DNA of 20,000 nt from an uncultured virus (IMG/VR IMGVR_UViG_3300029309_000017) (IMGVR_UViG_3300029309_000017); one strand, 5' to 3'; numbered from the stretch's first letter, positions 7,808-14,466 are shown. The notes: generated by a model from the letters alone, not told the origin. A program made the numbers and translations.

Positions 7808-7981
7808 ATGAACAGAAAATTTATACACTACGTTTTACTTAGAGTAACTGACATTACTATCAAACTATTCATTGCATCACTTGCAACATTAGCTATCGGC
7901 GGAATACTATCATTCATATTCTTTTGGGTGACAGGTGAGATAACAATCAATGATAACACTTCATTCGGAATATTAGGATAA
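7808..7981 (+). CDS. Small membrane protein (57 aa)
   Basis: Manual translation: MNRKFIHYVLLRVTDITIKLFIASLATLAIGGILSFIFFWVTGEITINDNTSFGILG; one long hydrophobic segment. Confidence 0.7.
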   Translation: MNRKFIHYVLLRVTDITIKLFIASLATLAIGGILSFIFFWVTGEITINDNTSFGILG

Positions 7982-8139
7982 TGAGAAGTTACTACAGTAA
8001 AATACAACAGAGATTTGTAGACAGAGGTGAATACTTTGATGAGCTTCTGTTTGCAACACTCGAACCACCGTTCGATAAACCTGTTACAAATAAAATACGA
8101 AAAGAAACAGATAATAATAATAAAACAAATGATATTTAA
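7981..8139 (+). CDS. Hypothetical protein (52 aa)
   Basis: Manual: MRSYYSKIQQRFVDRGEYFDELLFATLEPPF...; TAATG stop/start coupling with the previous gene. Confidence 0.55.
   Translation: MRSYYSKIQQRFVDRGEYFDELLFATLEPPFDKPVTNKIRKETDNNNKTNDI
8084..8115 (+). promoter_or_regulatory. Early promoter-like motif, copy 3
   Basis: TTACAAATAA AATACG AAAAGAAAC AGATAAT; ATG at 8129. Confidence 0.8.
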
Positions 8140-8347
8140 AGATACCAAATTCAAAGAACTAGACGCTAAAGGTCTAATCACTAAAAAGCTACAACAAATC
8201 GACGAGTTTGAAGCAAACTATAATCCTAATACTTCAAGTCGAGCTATGAAGAAATGGTGTACTGACTATGAATATCGCAAACGTGAGTGGCAATTCCGTC
8301 AAGGTATAGCTGAATACGCTAAACACAATGCACATAAATGCTTATAA
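8129..8347 (+). CDS. Hypothetical early protein (72 aa, MIFKDTKF...)
   Basis: Track ORF 8027..8347; ATG 8129 downstream of the promoter motif is preferred. Confidence 0.7.
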   Translation: MIFKDTKFKELDAKGLITKKLQQIDEFEANYNPNTSSRAMKKWCTDYEYRKREWQFRQGIAEYAKHNAHKCL

Positions 8348-8348
8348 T

Positions 8349-8483
8349 ATGAAGAAAGATTTATATAGATTTGCTAAAGCAAGAAGAAATAAGCGCAAAG
8401 AAATATTTAAATTAAGCGCTGAAGAGATTAAAATGATAGAATATAATTACTATTACAAATATAATACGAATACGTTTAGATAA
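8349..8483 (+). CDS. Hypothetical basic protein (44 aa)
   Basis: Manual: MKKDLYRFAKARRNKRKEIFKLSAEEIKMIEYNYYYKYNTNTFR; fills the gap exactly. Confidence 0.5.
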   Translation: MKKDLYRFAKARRNKRKEIFKLSAEEIKMIEYNYYYKYNTNTFR

Positions 8484-8484
8484 T
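8453..8484 (+). promoter_or_regulatory. Early promoter-like motif, copy 4
   Basis: TTACAAATAT AATACG AATACGTTT AGATAAT; ATG at 8498. Confidence 0.8.
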
Positions 8485-8497
8485 AATATAAAAAACT

Positions 8498-8665
8498 ATG
8501 AATAAAATAAAATTTCTCAATAACAATCACGTTAAAATAACTACTAATAAAGGCGTTGCAATACTAACTAAAACTAATTATACTAAAATATACGACAAAG
8601 AATCTAAAAAATACGTATCTTTAACAATACCTTTTTACAAAATAAACAATAATTACTATGTCTAA
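8498..8665 (+). CDS. Hypothetical protein (55 aa)
   Basis: Manual: MNKIKFLNNNHVKITTNKGVAILTKTNYTKIYDKESKKYVSLTIPFYKINNNYYV. Confidence 0.6.
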   Translation: MNKIKFLNNNHVKITTNKGVAILTKTNYTKIYDKESKKYVSLTIPFYKINNNYYV

Positions 8666-8855
8666 CACACCAAAAAATATGAAAGAACTATGCGAGTACG
8701 TAGCTAACAAGCGTAAATCTCGCAGCCACAATCACCTTGAAATGATTAAAATATATGGTGCTTGTAAAGGTATGGGTAATAGAAAATATAAACTACCGCA
8801 AAAATCTGTTTGGCCTAAGCAACATAAAGCGGCTTATAATAAAATATGGAGATGA
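8658..8855 (+). CDS. Hypothetical basic protein
   Basis: 65-aa ORF in a tightly packed series. Confidence 0.65.
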   Translation: MSNTPKNMKELCEYVANKRKSRSHNHLEMIKIYGACKGMGNRKYKLPQKSVWPKQHKAAYNKIWR

Positions 8856-9049
8856 GTGAAATAAAAAAATATATAAACAACGAATTAAGTAAACTAGATC
8901 GTGGTATAGTGGCTACGCCTACAGAAGATTACCTTGACAAGTTTGCAGAAGCAAACAACGGAAGTAATGACTTATTACTAATGCAATTAGCTAAAAACTA
9001 TGGCTACAAACTAGCTTTACTTGAAATACTAGATGAAATAAATGAGTAA
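8846..9049 (+). CDS. Hypothetical protein
   Basis: 67-aa ORF (start may be ATG 8852). Confidence 0.7.
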   Translation: MEMSEIKKYINNELSKLDRGIVATPTEDYLDKFAEANNGSNDLLLMQLAKNYGYKLALLEILDEINE

Positions 9050-9218
9050 AATGAAAGAACTAGATTTGATTGCACAAGGTGTAGCAGATCACATTAAAGA
9101 AATTATAGAAGATAGTGTCGATTGGCAGTTAGCTGACATACCTCTTGAAGGCGATGACTATAATGACTGTAAAGAATATGTAATAAATGTTGCACTTAAT
9201 AAATTATTACAAAAATAA
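9042..9218 (+). CDS. Small acidic hypothetical protein (58 aa)
   Basis: Manual: MSKMKELDLIAQGVADHIKEIIEDSVDWQLADIPLEGDDYNDCKEYVINVALNKLLQK. Confidence 0.65.
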   Translation: MSKMKELDLIAQGVADHIKEIIEDSVDWQLADIPLEGDDYNDCKEYVINVALNKLLQK

Positions 9219-9238
9219 TACGAATCAAATCAGATAAT
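9207..9238 (+). promoter_or_regulatory. Early promoter-like motif, copy 5
   Basis: TTACAAAAAT AATACG AATCAAATC AGATAAT; ATG at 9250. Confidence 0.8.
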
Positions 9239-9249
9239 ATAATAAAATT

Positions 9250-9438
9250 ATGTATTGTAAATGTGGTAAAATAGTACACCCTGTACGCTTAGAATTAGGT
9301 TATAAAACATGTGTTTCATGTAGTACGACGAAAACGTACTCTTACGTGCCAATAATCGAGCACAAAACAGGTAATACAATACAAATCGTTAGCCAAGAAG
9401 TAAGTGCGTCAGTGCACAGAGCTTGGCGGCGCAAGTAG
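9250..9438 (+). CDS. C4 zinc-finger protein, DksA/TraR-type finger
   Basis: CKCG..VHPVRLELGYKTCVSC matches the CxxCG..I...RL.....CxxC pattern (first pair is CxC). Confidence 0.65.
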   Translation: MYCKCGKIVHPVRLELGYKTCVSCSTTKTYSYVPIIEHKTGNTIQIVSQEVSASVHRAWRRK

Positions 9439-9715
9439 TTGGAAGGTGCTGCTGTTAGCGGCAGACTACTTAAAAAGCTACATGATTAAAGGCGAACTTG
9501 ATTCGGCTCGATGATTGTAGTTTGTGAAGAACAACCACAGCTTGAAATAGTAGTGCACGGTTGTGAAGCAGGTACAGTATCACGGATTGCAGAGTAATTA
9601 ACTGCATGCACGGTGGAAGTCCGACTGCGAATGTGATGAGTAATAATGCAAGTGTATGAGGTTCTTAGCCCTCCACTAAAAATACTCAAATAGAATTTGC
9701 ATAGATAACTGTACT
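9433..9715 (+). ncRNA. Putative structured ncRNA of unknown family
   Basis: No plausible + strand gene, GC-richer than flanks. Helices: AAGTAGT/ACTACTT, TGCTGCT/AGCGGCA, GCTACA/TGTAGT, ACAACC/GGTTGT, GTACAGT(9572)/ACTGTAC(9708), TGCAG/CTGCA, TGCAAGT/ATTTGCA. Confidence 0.55.
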
Positions 9716-9718
9716 TAT

Positions 9719-9795
9719 GGGCGTGAAATGGTTAGACTACGCACCAGGGTTTCCCATGGTTGGTAGTAACGCAGGTTCGATTCCTGCCACGTCCA
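9719..9795 (+). ncRNA. Mini tmRNA-like RNA (tRNA-like domain only)
   Basis: GGGCGTG/CACGTCC acceptor with G3-U70 and A73; stemless D-loop AAATGGTTAGA; interrupted helix CTAC/GTAG, ACCA/TGGT, GGG/CCC; T-arm GCAGG-TTCGATT-CCTGC. Confidence 0.7.
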
Positions 9796-9800
9796 CTAAC

Positions 9801-9943
9801 AGGGTAAAACACGAAGGACGGTAAGCATAACACCAAAAGCATCATGTGGTGCCGACTATCGACGGATATAAGCGAGCGTACGGAAGTGTATTATGTGAGG
9901 TGGCAAACCTCAGAAAGCGTGGATACGTGCACAGTATCACCCT
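9801..9943 (+). ncRNA. Putative structured ncRNA of unknown family
   Basis: Closing AGGGT/ACCCT; internal CATAA/TTATG, CACCA/TGGTG, TGAGGT-GGCAA-ACCTCA, GATAC/GTATC. Confidence 0.45.
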
Positions 9944-9962
9944 TAATATTAAATTTAAAATT

Positions 9963-10331
9963 ATGAATTGGAAACAAGAACAACTAGCACTAGAAGATGC
10001 GTTTGTAAGACAAATGCTTATTAACTACAACATTAAAGAAGTAACCACACAGCGTCAAGCTATAAACGGTACAAGAATATTTATTTGTCCTGATGGTCAG
10101 TTACTCGGCTCATACAAAAGCGGTTACGTTAGAAGATGTGACAGTAGCGATAGAATATGGCAATTAAACCCTAAATACAAGCGTAAAGTAAGATATGTAT
10201 TTCTTAAAAGTAAAGGCTTAGTTACTGAAGAACATGATATGTGGTCAAGAGCACTGATCTATTCTGGCATAGCTAGATTGAACTTTTTACTTCAATATTA
10301 CTTAAAAAATTACAAAACAAATACGAAATAA
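9963..10331 (+). CDS. Hypothetical protein (122 aa, MNWKQEQ...)
   Basis: Track ORF 9846..10331; ATG 9963 with the leader AAATTTAAAATT is preferred. Confidence 0.75.
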   Translation: MNWKQEQLALEDAFVRQMLINYNIKEVTTQRQAINGTRIFICPDGQLLGSYKSGYVRRCDSSDRIWQLNPKYKRKVRYVFLKSKGLVTEEHDMWSRALIYSGIARLNFLLQYYLKNYKTNTK

Positions 10332-10341
10332 ATCAGATAAT
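10310..10341 (+). promoter_or_regulatory. Early promoter-like motif, copy 6
   Basis: TTACAAAACA AATACG AAATAAATC AGATAAT; ATG at 10355. Confidence 0.8.
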
Positions 10342-10354
10342 ATAATAAACGAAT

Positions 10355-10594
10355 ATGAAAACAGTTTGGAATACATTAAAACCTTTGTATCAAAACAAAA
10401 TTAAAGAAAATACTCGTACATATAGCTCTGCTAAAAGACTTAAATACAAGTTGATGTCTGCTAGTGGTTGGTATGATTTATCTATGCGTGACATACAAGG
10501 TATACTTACATACACTGATAAATATACTCACGAGATTACAGCAACAGATATTATGTACGGTACAGAATTTTTAAAACCAGAAGACAATGAGTGA
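10355..10594 (+). CDS. Hypothetical protein
   Basis: 79-aa ORF after the promoter motif. Confidence 0.75.
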   Translation: MKTVWNTLKPLYQNKIKENTRTYSSAKRLKYKLMSASGWYDLSMRDIQGILTYTDKYTHEITATDIMYGTEFLKPEDNE

Positions 10595-10853
10595 CTCAGT
10601 AAAAGCATGGCATGAAATGCAAGAAGAAAAAATAGTAGCAAAAGAATTAGGAGAACACATACCTAGATTTATATTTCTACTAGATTTTAATGATGGTAAT
10701 GTATATAGATATGACATTAGCGCATTATGTAACGAAGAAAATAGTTGGAATCCTGACTCAGAGTCTTGTGAAGCGTTTTTATACGGCGCAGGTCACAAAG
10801 TAAGTGACTGTGAGTGGATGGTAACAACAACAAGTAAAATAACAATTAAATAA
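10587..10853 (+). CDS. Hypothetical protein
   Basis: 88-aa ORF with overlapping stop/start. Confidence 0.75.
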   Translation: MSDSVKAWHEMQEEKIVAKELGEHIPRFIFLLDFNDGNVYRYDISALCNEENSWNPDSESCEAFLYGAGHKVSDCEWMVTTTSKITIK

Positions 10854-10858
10854 TAAAT

Positions 10859-11323
10859 ATGGCAGAACTATTAACAGATGATATTATCATCGAAAAACTA
10901 AACGAAGATGGCTATATGCAGGAGCCGGATGGCCCTTGGATATTAGAATATATCTATGAAAATCATGGCGGTAAATTAGATACTACAAGTGACTTTGTAG
11001 ATAACAAATGGACTTTAAAAATATACAGTGAATGTACTTACGATTCTTATGATATATACTTTTGTACTTTTGACGATAGACCTTATGTATCACAAGATGG
11101 TTATTATTATGAAAATTATTCTGATTGGTCAGACAGAGCATTAGAAGAATTAGTTAACGGTACAGATGTATGGGTAGATCCTAATCTATGGTCAGACATG
11201 GAATATGACTTTAACTACAGACTAGAAGAGTGGTGGCAAGATGTATACGAAGAATTATCAGACGAAAAGAAAGAAGAATTATTAGACTCAGAAGATTATT
11301 ATGAAGAAAAGGAAACTGAATAG
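10859..11323 (+). CDS. Highly acidic, aromatic-rich protein (possible DNA mimic)
   Basis: 154 aa; about 45 D/E versus about 10 K/R by hand count. Confidence 0.75.
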   Translation: MAELLTDDIIIEKLNEDGYMQEPDGPWILEYIYENHGGKLDTTSDFVDNKWTLKIYSECTYDSYDIYFCTFDDRPYVSQDGYYYENYSDWSDRALEELVNGTDVWVDPNLWSDMEYDFNYRLEEWWQDVYEELSDEKKEELLDSEDYYEEKETE

Positions 11324-11447
11324 TACTAATCCAAAGTACATGAAGCAAGTGGCTGATAATCAACCAGTTGTAAAAGAAAAAAGATTAATTAGTAACAAAG
11401 GTAAGATTAAAGCTTACGCAATATTTTTAGAAAATGACAGAGACTAA
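11301..11447 (+). CDS. Small basic hypothetical protein (48 aa)
   Basis: Manual: MKKRKLNSTNPKYMKQVADNQPVVKEKRLISNKGKIKAYAIFLENDRD; bridges the two neighbours. Confidence 0.5.
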   Translation: MKKRKLNSTNPKYMKQVADNQPVVKEKRLISNKGKIKAYAIFLENDRD

Positions 11448-11694
11448 ACAAATACTACCTAAATGGTTTAATGGTGAAGTATATACTGACGGCGGTATAG
11501 TATCAAATCCTTTTACAGGTATTGAAGTAGAACTAACAGCTGAGGAATTATCTATATATGATTTCATAAAAGGCGCTGAATACTATATAGCTATATCAGG
11601 TAAACAAAACGATAAACTAGCAGACGAGATGCATAAAGGCTTGATGTGGTTTGCAAAGAACAACATTGAAGCTTATATGACATTACTCGACTAA
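11434..11694 (+). CDS. Hypothetical phage protein
   Basis: 86-aa ORF (NPFTG...ELSIYDFIKG...AYMTLLD). Confidence 0.8.
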   Translation: MTETKQILPKWFNGEVYTDGGIVSNPFTGIEVELTAEELSIYDFIKGAEYYIAISGKQNDKLADEMHKGLMWFAKNNIEAYMTLLD

Positions 11695-11706
11695 TGCTAT
11701 ACACAT

Positions 11707-11780
11707 TGCGCGGTAGAGCAGTTGGCCAGCTCGCGAGCCTCATAAGCTCGAGGTCGGTGGTTCGAATCCACCCTGCGCAC
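11707..11780 (+). tRNA. tRNA-Met (CAT), CCA not encoded
   Basis: Full cloverleaf: TGCGCGG/CTGCGCA, D GAGC/GCTC, anticodon CGAGC-CTCATAA-GCTCG, T GGTGG-TTCGAAT-CCACC. Confidence 0.93.
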
Positions 11781-11794
11781 CTAAAATTTAAATT

Positions 11795-12358
11795 ATGGCA
11801 ACAAGAAACTTAATAATGGTCGTAGACCGTAAACACAGTAGTAAATACCCAGAAGGCTTTGCTATTCACCCAGATCTTGTACGTGACAAGAGCTATGTTA
11901 ACATGTATATGCACCACGATGGTTATCCTGAGTGGCAAGGCGTACAAATTGCTAACTGGTTACTAACAAGTAACAATGGATGCATGGATGGCGCTAGGTT
12001 AGCTGGTAAATTAGTGCATGATATGTATTATGATAGTTGTTACTTATATAGTGACGCACAGCAAATAGATCACGAGTATAGATATGTAATATGGAGCGGT
12101 AATAAAGATAAAATACATGTAAGCTGCTGGAATATGTACAAAAGCGAGTGTGTGTTCGTGTTAAAACCACATAAAATTATATCTAAATATATGGCAGATA
12201 TGGATTACACTGATTTTTCTATTGGTGAAACTAGATTATCACAGCAAGAATTTAAACGTGATGCAGGTTTAGAGTTTCATACAAAAGAAGAAATAGAGAA
12301 ATATAATAAAGTTAGAGCTAACGCTCAGTCAATCATAGATATACTAACTACAAAATAA
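11795..12358 (+). CDS. Conserved-type phage protein of unknown function (MATR...YxHxDGYP...G)
   Basis: 187 aa; the YMHHDGYPEWQG motif is recalled from phage hypotheticals (not searched). Confidence 0.8.
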   Translation: MATRNLIMVVDRKHSSKYPEGFAIHPDLVRDKSYVNMYMHHDGYPEWQGVQIANWLLTSNNGCMDGARLAGKLVHDMYYDSCYLYSDAQQIDHEYRYVIWSGNKDKIHVSCWNMYKSECVFVLKPHKIISKYMADMDYTDFSIGETRLSQQEFKRDAGLEFHTKEEIEKYNKVRANAQSIIDILTTK

Positions 12359-12379
12359 ATACGAAACAAATCGGATAAT
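12348..12379 (+). promoter_or_regulatory. Early promoter-like motif, copy 7
   Basis: CTACAAAATA AATACG AAACAAATC GGATAAT, abutting ATG 12380. Confidence 0.7.
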
Positions 12380-12622
12380 ATGACAAACAACGATATTGAA
12401 AAAATAGCTCAGCGTGTTGCTGAGTTAGTTATTGCAGAGTTATTATTTAATGCTGATACGCTAGTAGTTCCTACAAAGAAAACATCTGAAGAGGAATTAC
12501 TAGCTGAATTAGCAGCTGCAATGACTAAATTAGACTTCGAGCTTCAGCGTGAAAACTATGAAGCTTGTAAAGTTCTAAAAGATAAGATAACAGAAATAGA
12601 AAAAAAATTAAAAAACCTATGA
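12380..12622 (+). CDS. Small helical protein with a C-terminal UVR (UvrB/UvrC)-like motif
   Basis: LQRENYEACKVLKDKITEIE resembles the E(D/N)YExA..LRD.I..L UVR motif. Confidence 0.6.
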   Translation: MTNNDIEKIAQRVAELVIAELLFNADTLVVPTKKTSEEELLAELAAAMTKLDFELQRENYEACKVLKDKITEIEKKLKNL

Positions 12623-13455
12623 CATTAAAACCTATGCTAGCACACAAGTTTGATGACAGTCGAGTTGATTGGTCACTACCTGTGTATATACAACCTAAAC
12701 TAGATGGCGTCCGCTGTCTATTTACTAAAAAAGGTGCGTTTTCTCGTACCGGTAAACAATTTAAAAACCTAGCTCACATTGAGTTAGCACTTATACCATT
12801 TTTTAAGCAATATCCTGATGTTGTACTCGATGGCGAGTTATACAATCACAAGCTTAAAAATGACTTTGAAAAGATTATATCATTAGTTCGTAAGCAAAAG
12901 CCTACCGCAGATGATAGATTAAATGCCCAACATCTTGTGCAGTTTCACGTGTATGATTATTTTGATGGCGTTATGTATGACAGCTACAAAACTCGTATGC
13001 AACAACTTGTGACATCAGACATATACGATGCTCAAATCAAGTATGTACCTGCAAAGTTAGTTGATAGCTACAATTATGCTAGAGATCTTCATGCAACATA
13101 TCTTCGTGAAGGCTACGAAGGCTCTATCATTCGTCTAGACGGTCTATACAAACACGGTAGGTCTTACGACCTAATGAAATTTAAGGACTTCAGCGATACT
13201 GAAGCAACTATCATAGGTTATGAATTAGGTAAAGGCAAAAGGACAGGCACACTTGGCAAGTTCATTATGCTAGATGACGAAGGTGTACAGTTCGGTTGTC
13301 CGCCGGGCAAAGGCTACAGCTACAAGGATTTAGCGGAGATGTTGAAAAACGTCACTGACTACATTGGTAAGCGTGCTACCTTTACCTATTTTCAAAAAAC
13401 TAATGCTGGTAGCTACAGGCATCCACTATTTAAATGTATTAGAAATTATGAGTAA
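12619..13455 (+). CDS. ATP-dependent DNA ligase (minimal type)
   Basis: Motif I PKLDGVR, III LDGELY, IIIa FHVYD, IV EGSIIR, V LMKFK, VI YRHPLF..IR. Confidence 0.95.
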   Translation: MTLKPMLAHKFDDSRVDWSLPVYIQPKLDGVRCLFTKKGAFSRTGKQFKNLAHIELALIPFFKQYPDVVLDGELYNHKLKNDFEKIISLVRKQKPTADDRLNAQHLVQFHVYDYFDGVMYDSYKTRMQQLVTSDIYDAQIKYVPAKLVDSYNYARDLHATYLREGYEGSIIRLDGLYKHGRSYDLMKFKDFSDTEATIIGYELGKGKRTGTLGKFIMLDDEGVQFGCPPGKGYSYKDLAEMLKNVTDYIGKRATFTYFQKTNAGSYRHPLFKCIRNYE

Positions 13456-13558
13456 ATTAATATGGCAATTATACAACGACAATATGATAAGTGAAGAAGT
13501 TGCTTTAATATTGTTAGATAAACATTACAATAGATTAAACAATAAAAGATACAAATGA
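13448..13558 (+). CDS. Hypothetical 36-aa protein
   Basis: MSKLIWQLYNDNMISEEVALILLDKHYNRLNNKRYK; coupled to both neighbours. Confidence 0.55.
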   Translation: MSKLIWQLYNDNMISEEVALILLDKHYNRLNNKRYK

Positions 13559-14079
13559 ATATATTTTACTTAGATGAATGTCCTGACAAAGCAGCTAGAC
13601 TACAATACAATAAACATGTAGTCAAGATGATACTTGAGTCAGCGCAAATGCTTTGTACAGCTCATCATATTTATGGTAACGACTGGCAAAGAGAAAATGT
13701 ACCTTACAAAGAAGCTCATTTAAATCACCCATCAACAATGTGGACTAGATTATGTAGAGCTAATTATATGTGGTTATATAATCACATGATAGCTCTTGGT
13801 GATGAGTATACAAATCGATATGGTAAAACTCATTTAACAATAACTAAATGTAAAGAATTTTTGGCTAAGCCTCCACAGAATTTACCTGGTGGTGAGTTTA
13901 CACAACCGCCACAGGCTATGCCAGATGAATATAAAGTACCAGGTGACAGTATAAAAGCTTACTGGAATTATTATATTGGTGACAAGAGCCATATAGCTAA
14001 CCCTAATAAAGAAAAAATATATGAAAACAATAGCATTATATTTGCTGGTAACAGCAACAGTGTACCATCCGGTACCTGA
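13555..14079 (+). CDS. Pyrimidine-dimer DNA glycosylase / T4 endonuclease V-like family protein
   Basis: MNIFYLD, KHVVKMILESAQML, HLNHPSTMW, PPQAMPDEYK motifs. Confidence 0.75.
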   Translation: MNIFYLDECPDKAARLQYNKHVVKMILESAQMLCTAHHIYGNDWQRENVPYKEAHLNHPSTMWTRLCRANYMWLYNHMIALGDEYTNRYGKTHLTITKCKEFLAKPPQNLPGGEFTQPPQAMPDEYKVPGDSIKAYWNYYIGDKSHIANPNKEKIYENNSIIFAGNSNSVPSGT

Positions 14080-14353
14080 ACAAACAGATAATACACCGTT
14101 TATTACAGCATCAGGCGCTTATATAGAAGAGTGTTGTCCTGGTGATCATAGATGGCTTGCAGTAAGTAGAGACCTAGAAGATTTTGGTTTTGTATTTGGC
14201 GCAAGAGTCTTAGTTGAAGGAGCTGGTGAATTAGACGGTGTTTGGACTGTAGAAGATAGAATGAACAGAAGGTACACAAACCGTATTGATTTTTTAGTTG
14301 ATTACGATGTGTACGGTAGATGGGATAACGTAAAAATAACATTATTAGACTAA
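14021..14353 (+). CDS. 3D (Asp-Asp-Asp)-domain cell-wall-lytic-like protein with a hydrophobic N-terminus
   Basis: ATVY...QTD.TPFITASG, LAVSRDL, FGARV, VED, RIDF. Confidence 0.75.
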   Translation: MKTIALYLLVTATVYHPVPEQTDNTPFITASGAYIEECCPGDHRWLAVSRDLEDFGFVFGARVLVEGAGELDGVWTVEDRMNRRYTNRIDFLVDYDVYGRWDNVKITLLD

Positions 14354-14466
14354 TGAGCAGAATTAAAATTTACAAACATCTTATATCAACCGATGTGTTT
14401 GGTGTAAGAACTAAGATAAAAAACTTTAGAAAATCTAAAAAAACTAAAACAAGAAAGGGTCTGTGA
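14353..14466 (+). CDS. Hypothetical basic peptide (37 aa)
   Basis: Manual: MSRIKIYKHLISTDVFGVRTKIKNFRKSKKTKTRKGL; TAATG coupling. Confidence 0.45.
   Translation: MSRIKIYKHLISTDVFGVRTKIKNFRKSKKTKTRKGL

Noticed and set aside
9605..9640. Cobalamin riboswitch, RNase P or group II intron suggested by CGGTGGAAGTCCG
   Set aside because: Only a T-loop-like fragment matches; the other conserved elements of these families were not seen.
9650..9678. Third tRNA-like 3' end (GAGG-TTCTTAGC-CCTC-CACTA)
   Set aside because: Non-canonical T-loop and no matching acceptor stem.
9486..9689. Minus-strand 67-aa ORF
   Set aside because: Antisense to the whole arm and overlaps the structured RNA; probably spurious.
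9433..9798. Full-length or circularly permuted two-piece tmRNA
   Set aside because: The 5' and 3' TLD halves are in normal order and joined by a short hairpin; no tag ORF ending in an ALAA-like sequence was found in the flanks.
7240..12379. Repeated 32-bp motif as a CRISPR array or mobile-element ends
   Set aside because: Spacing is irregular (151 to about 2000 bp), internal spacers vary, copies sit before start codons, and no cas or transposase gene is present.
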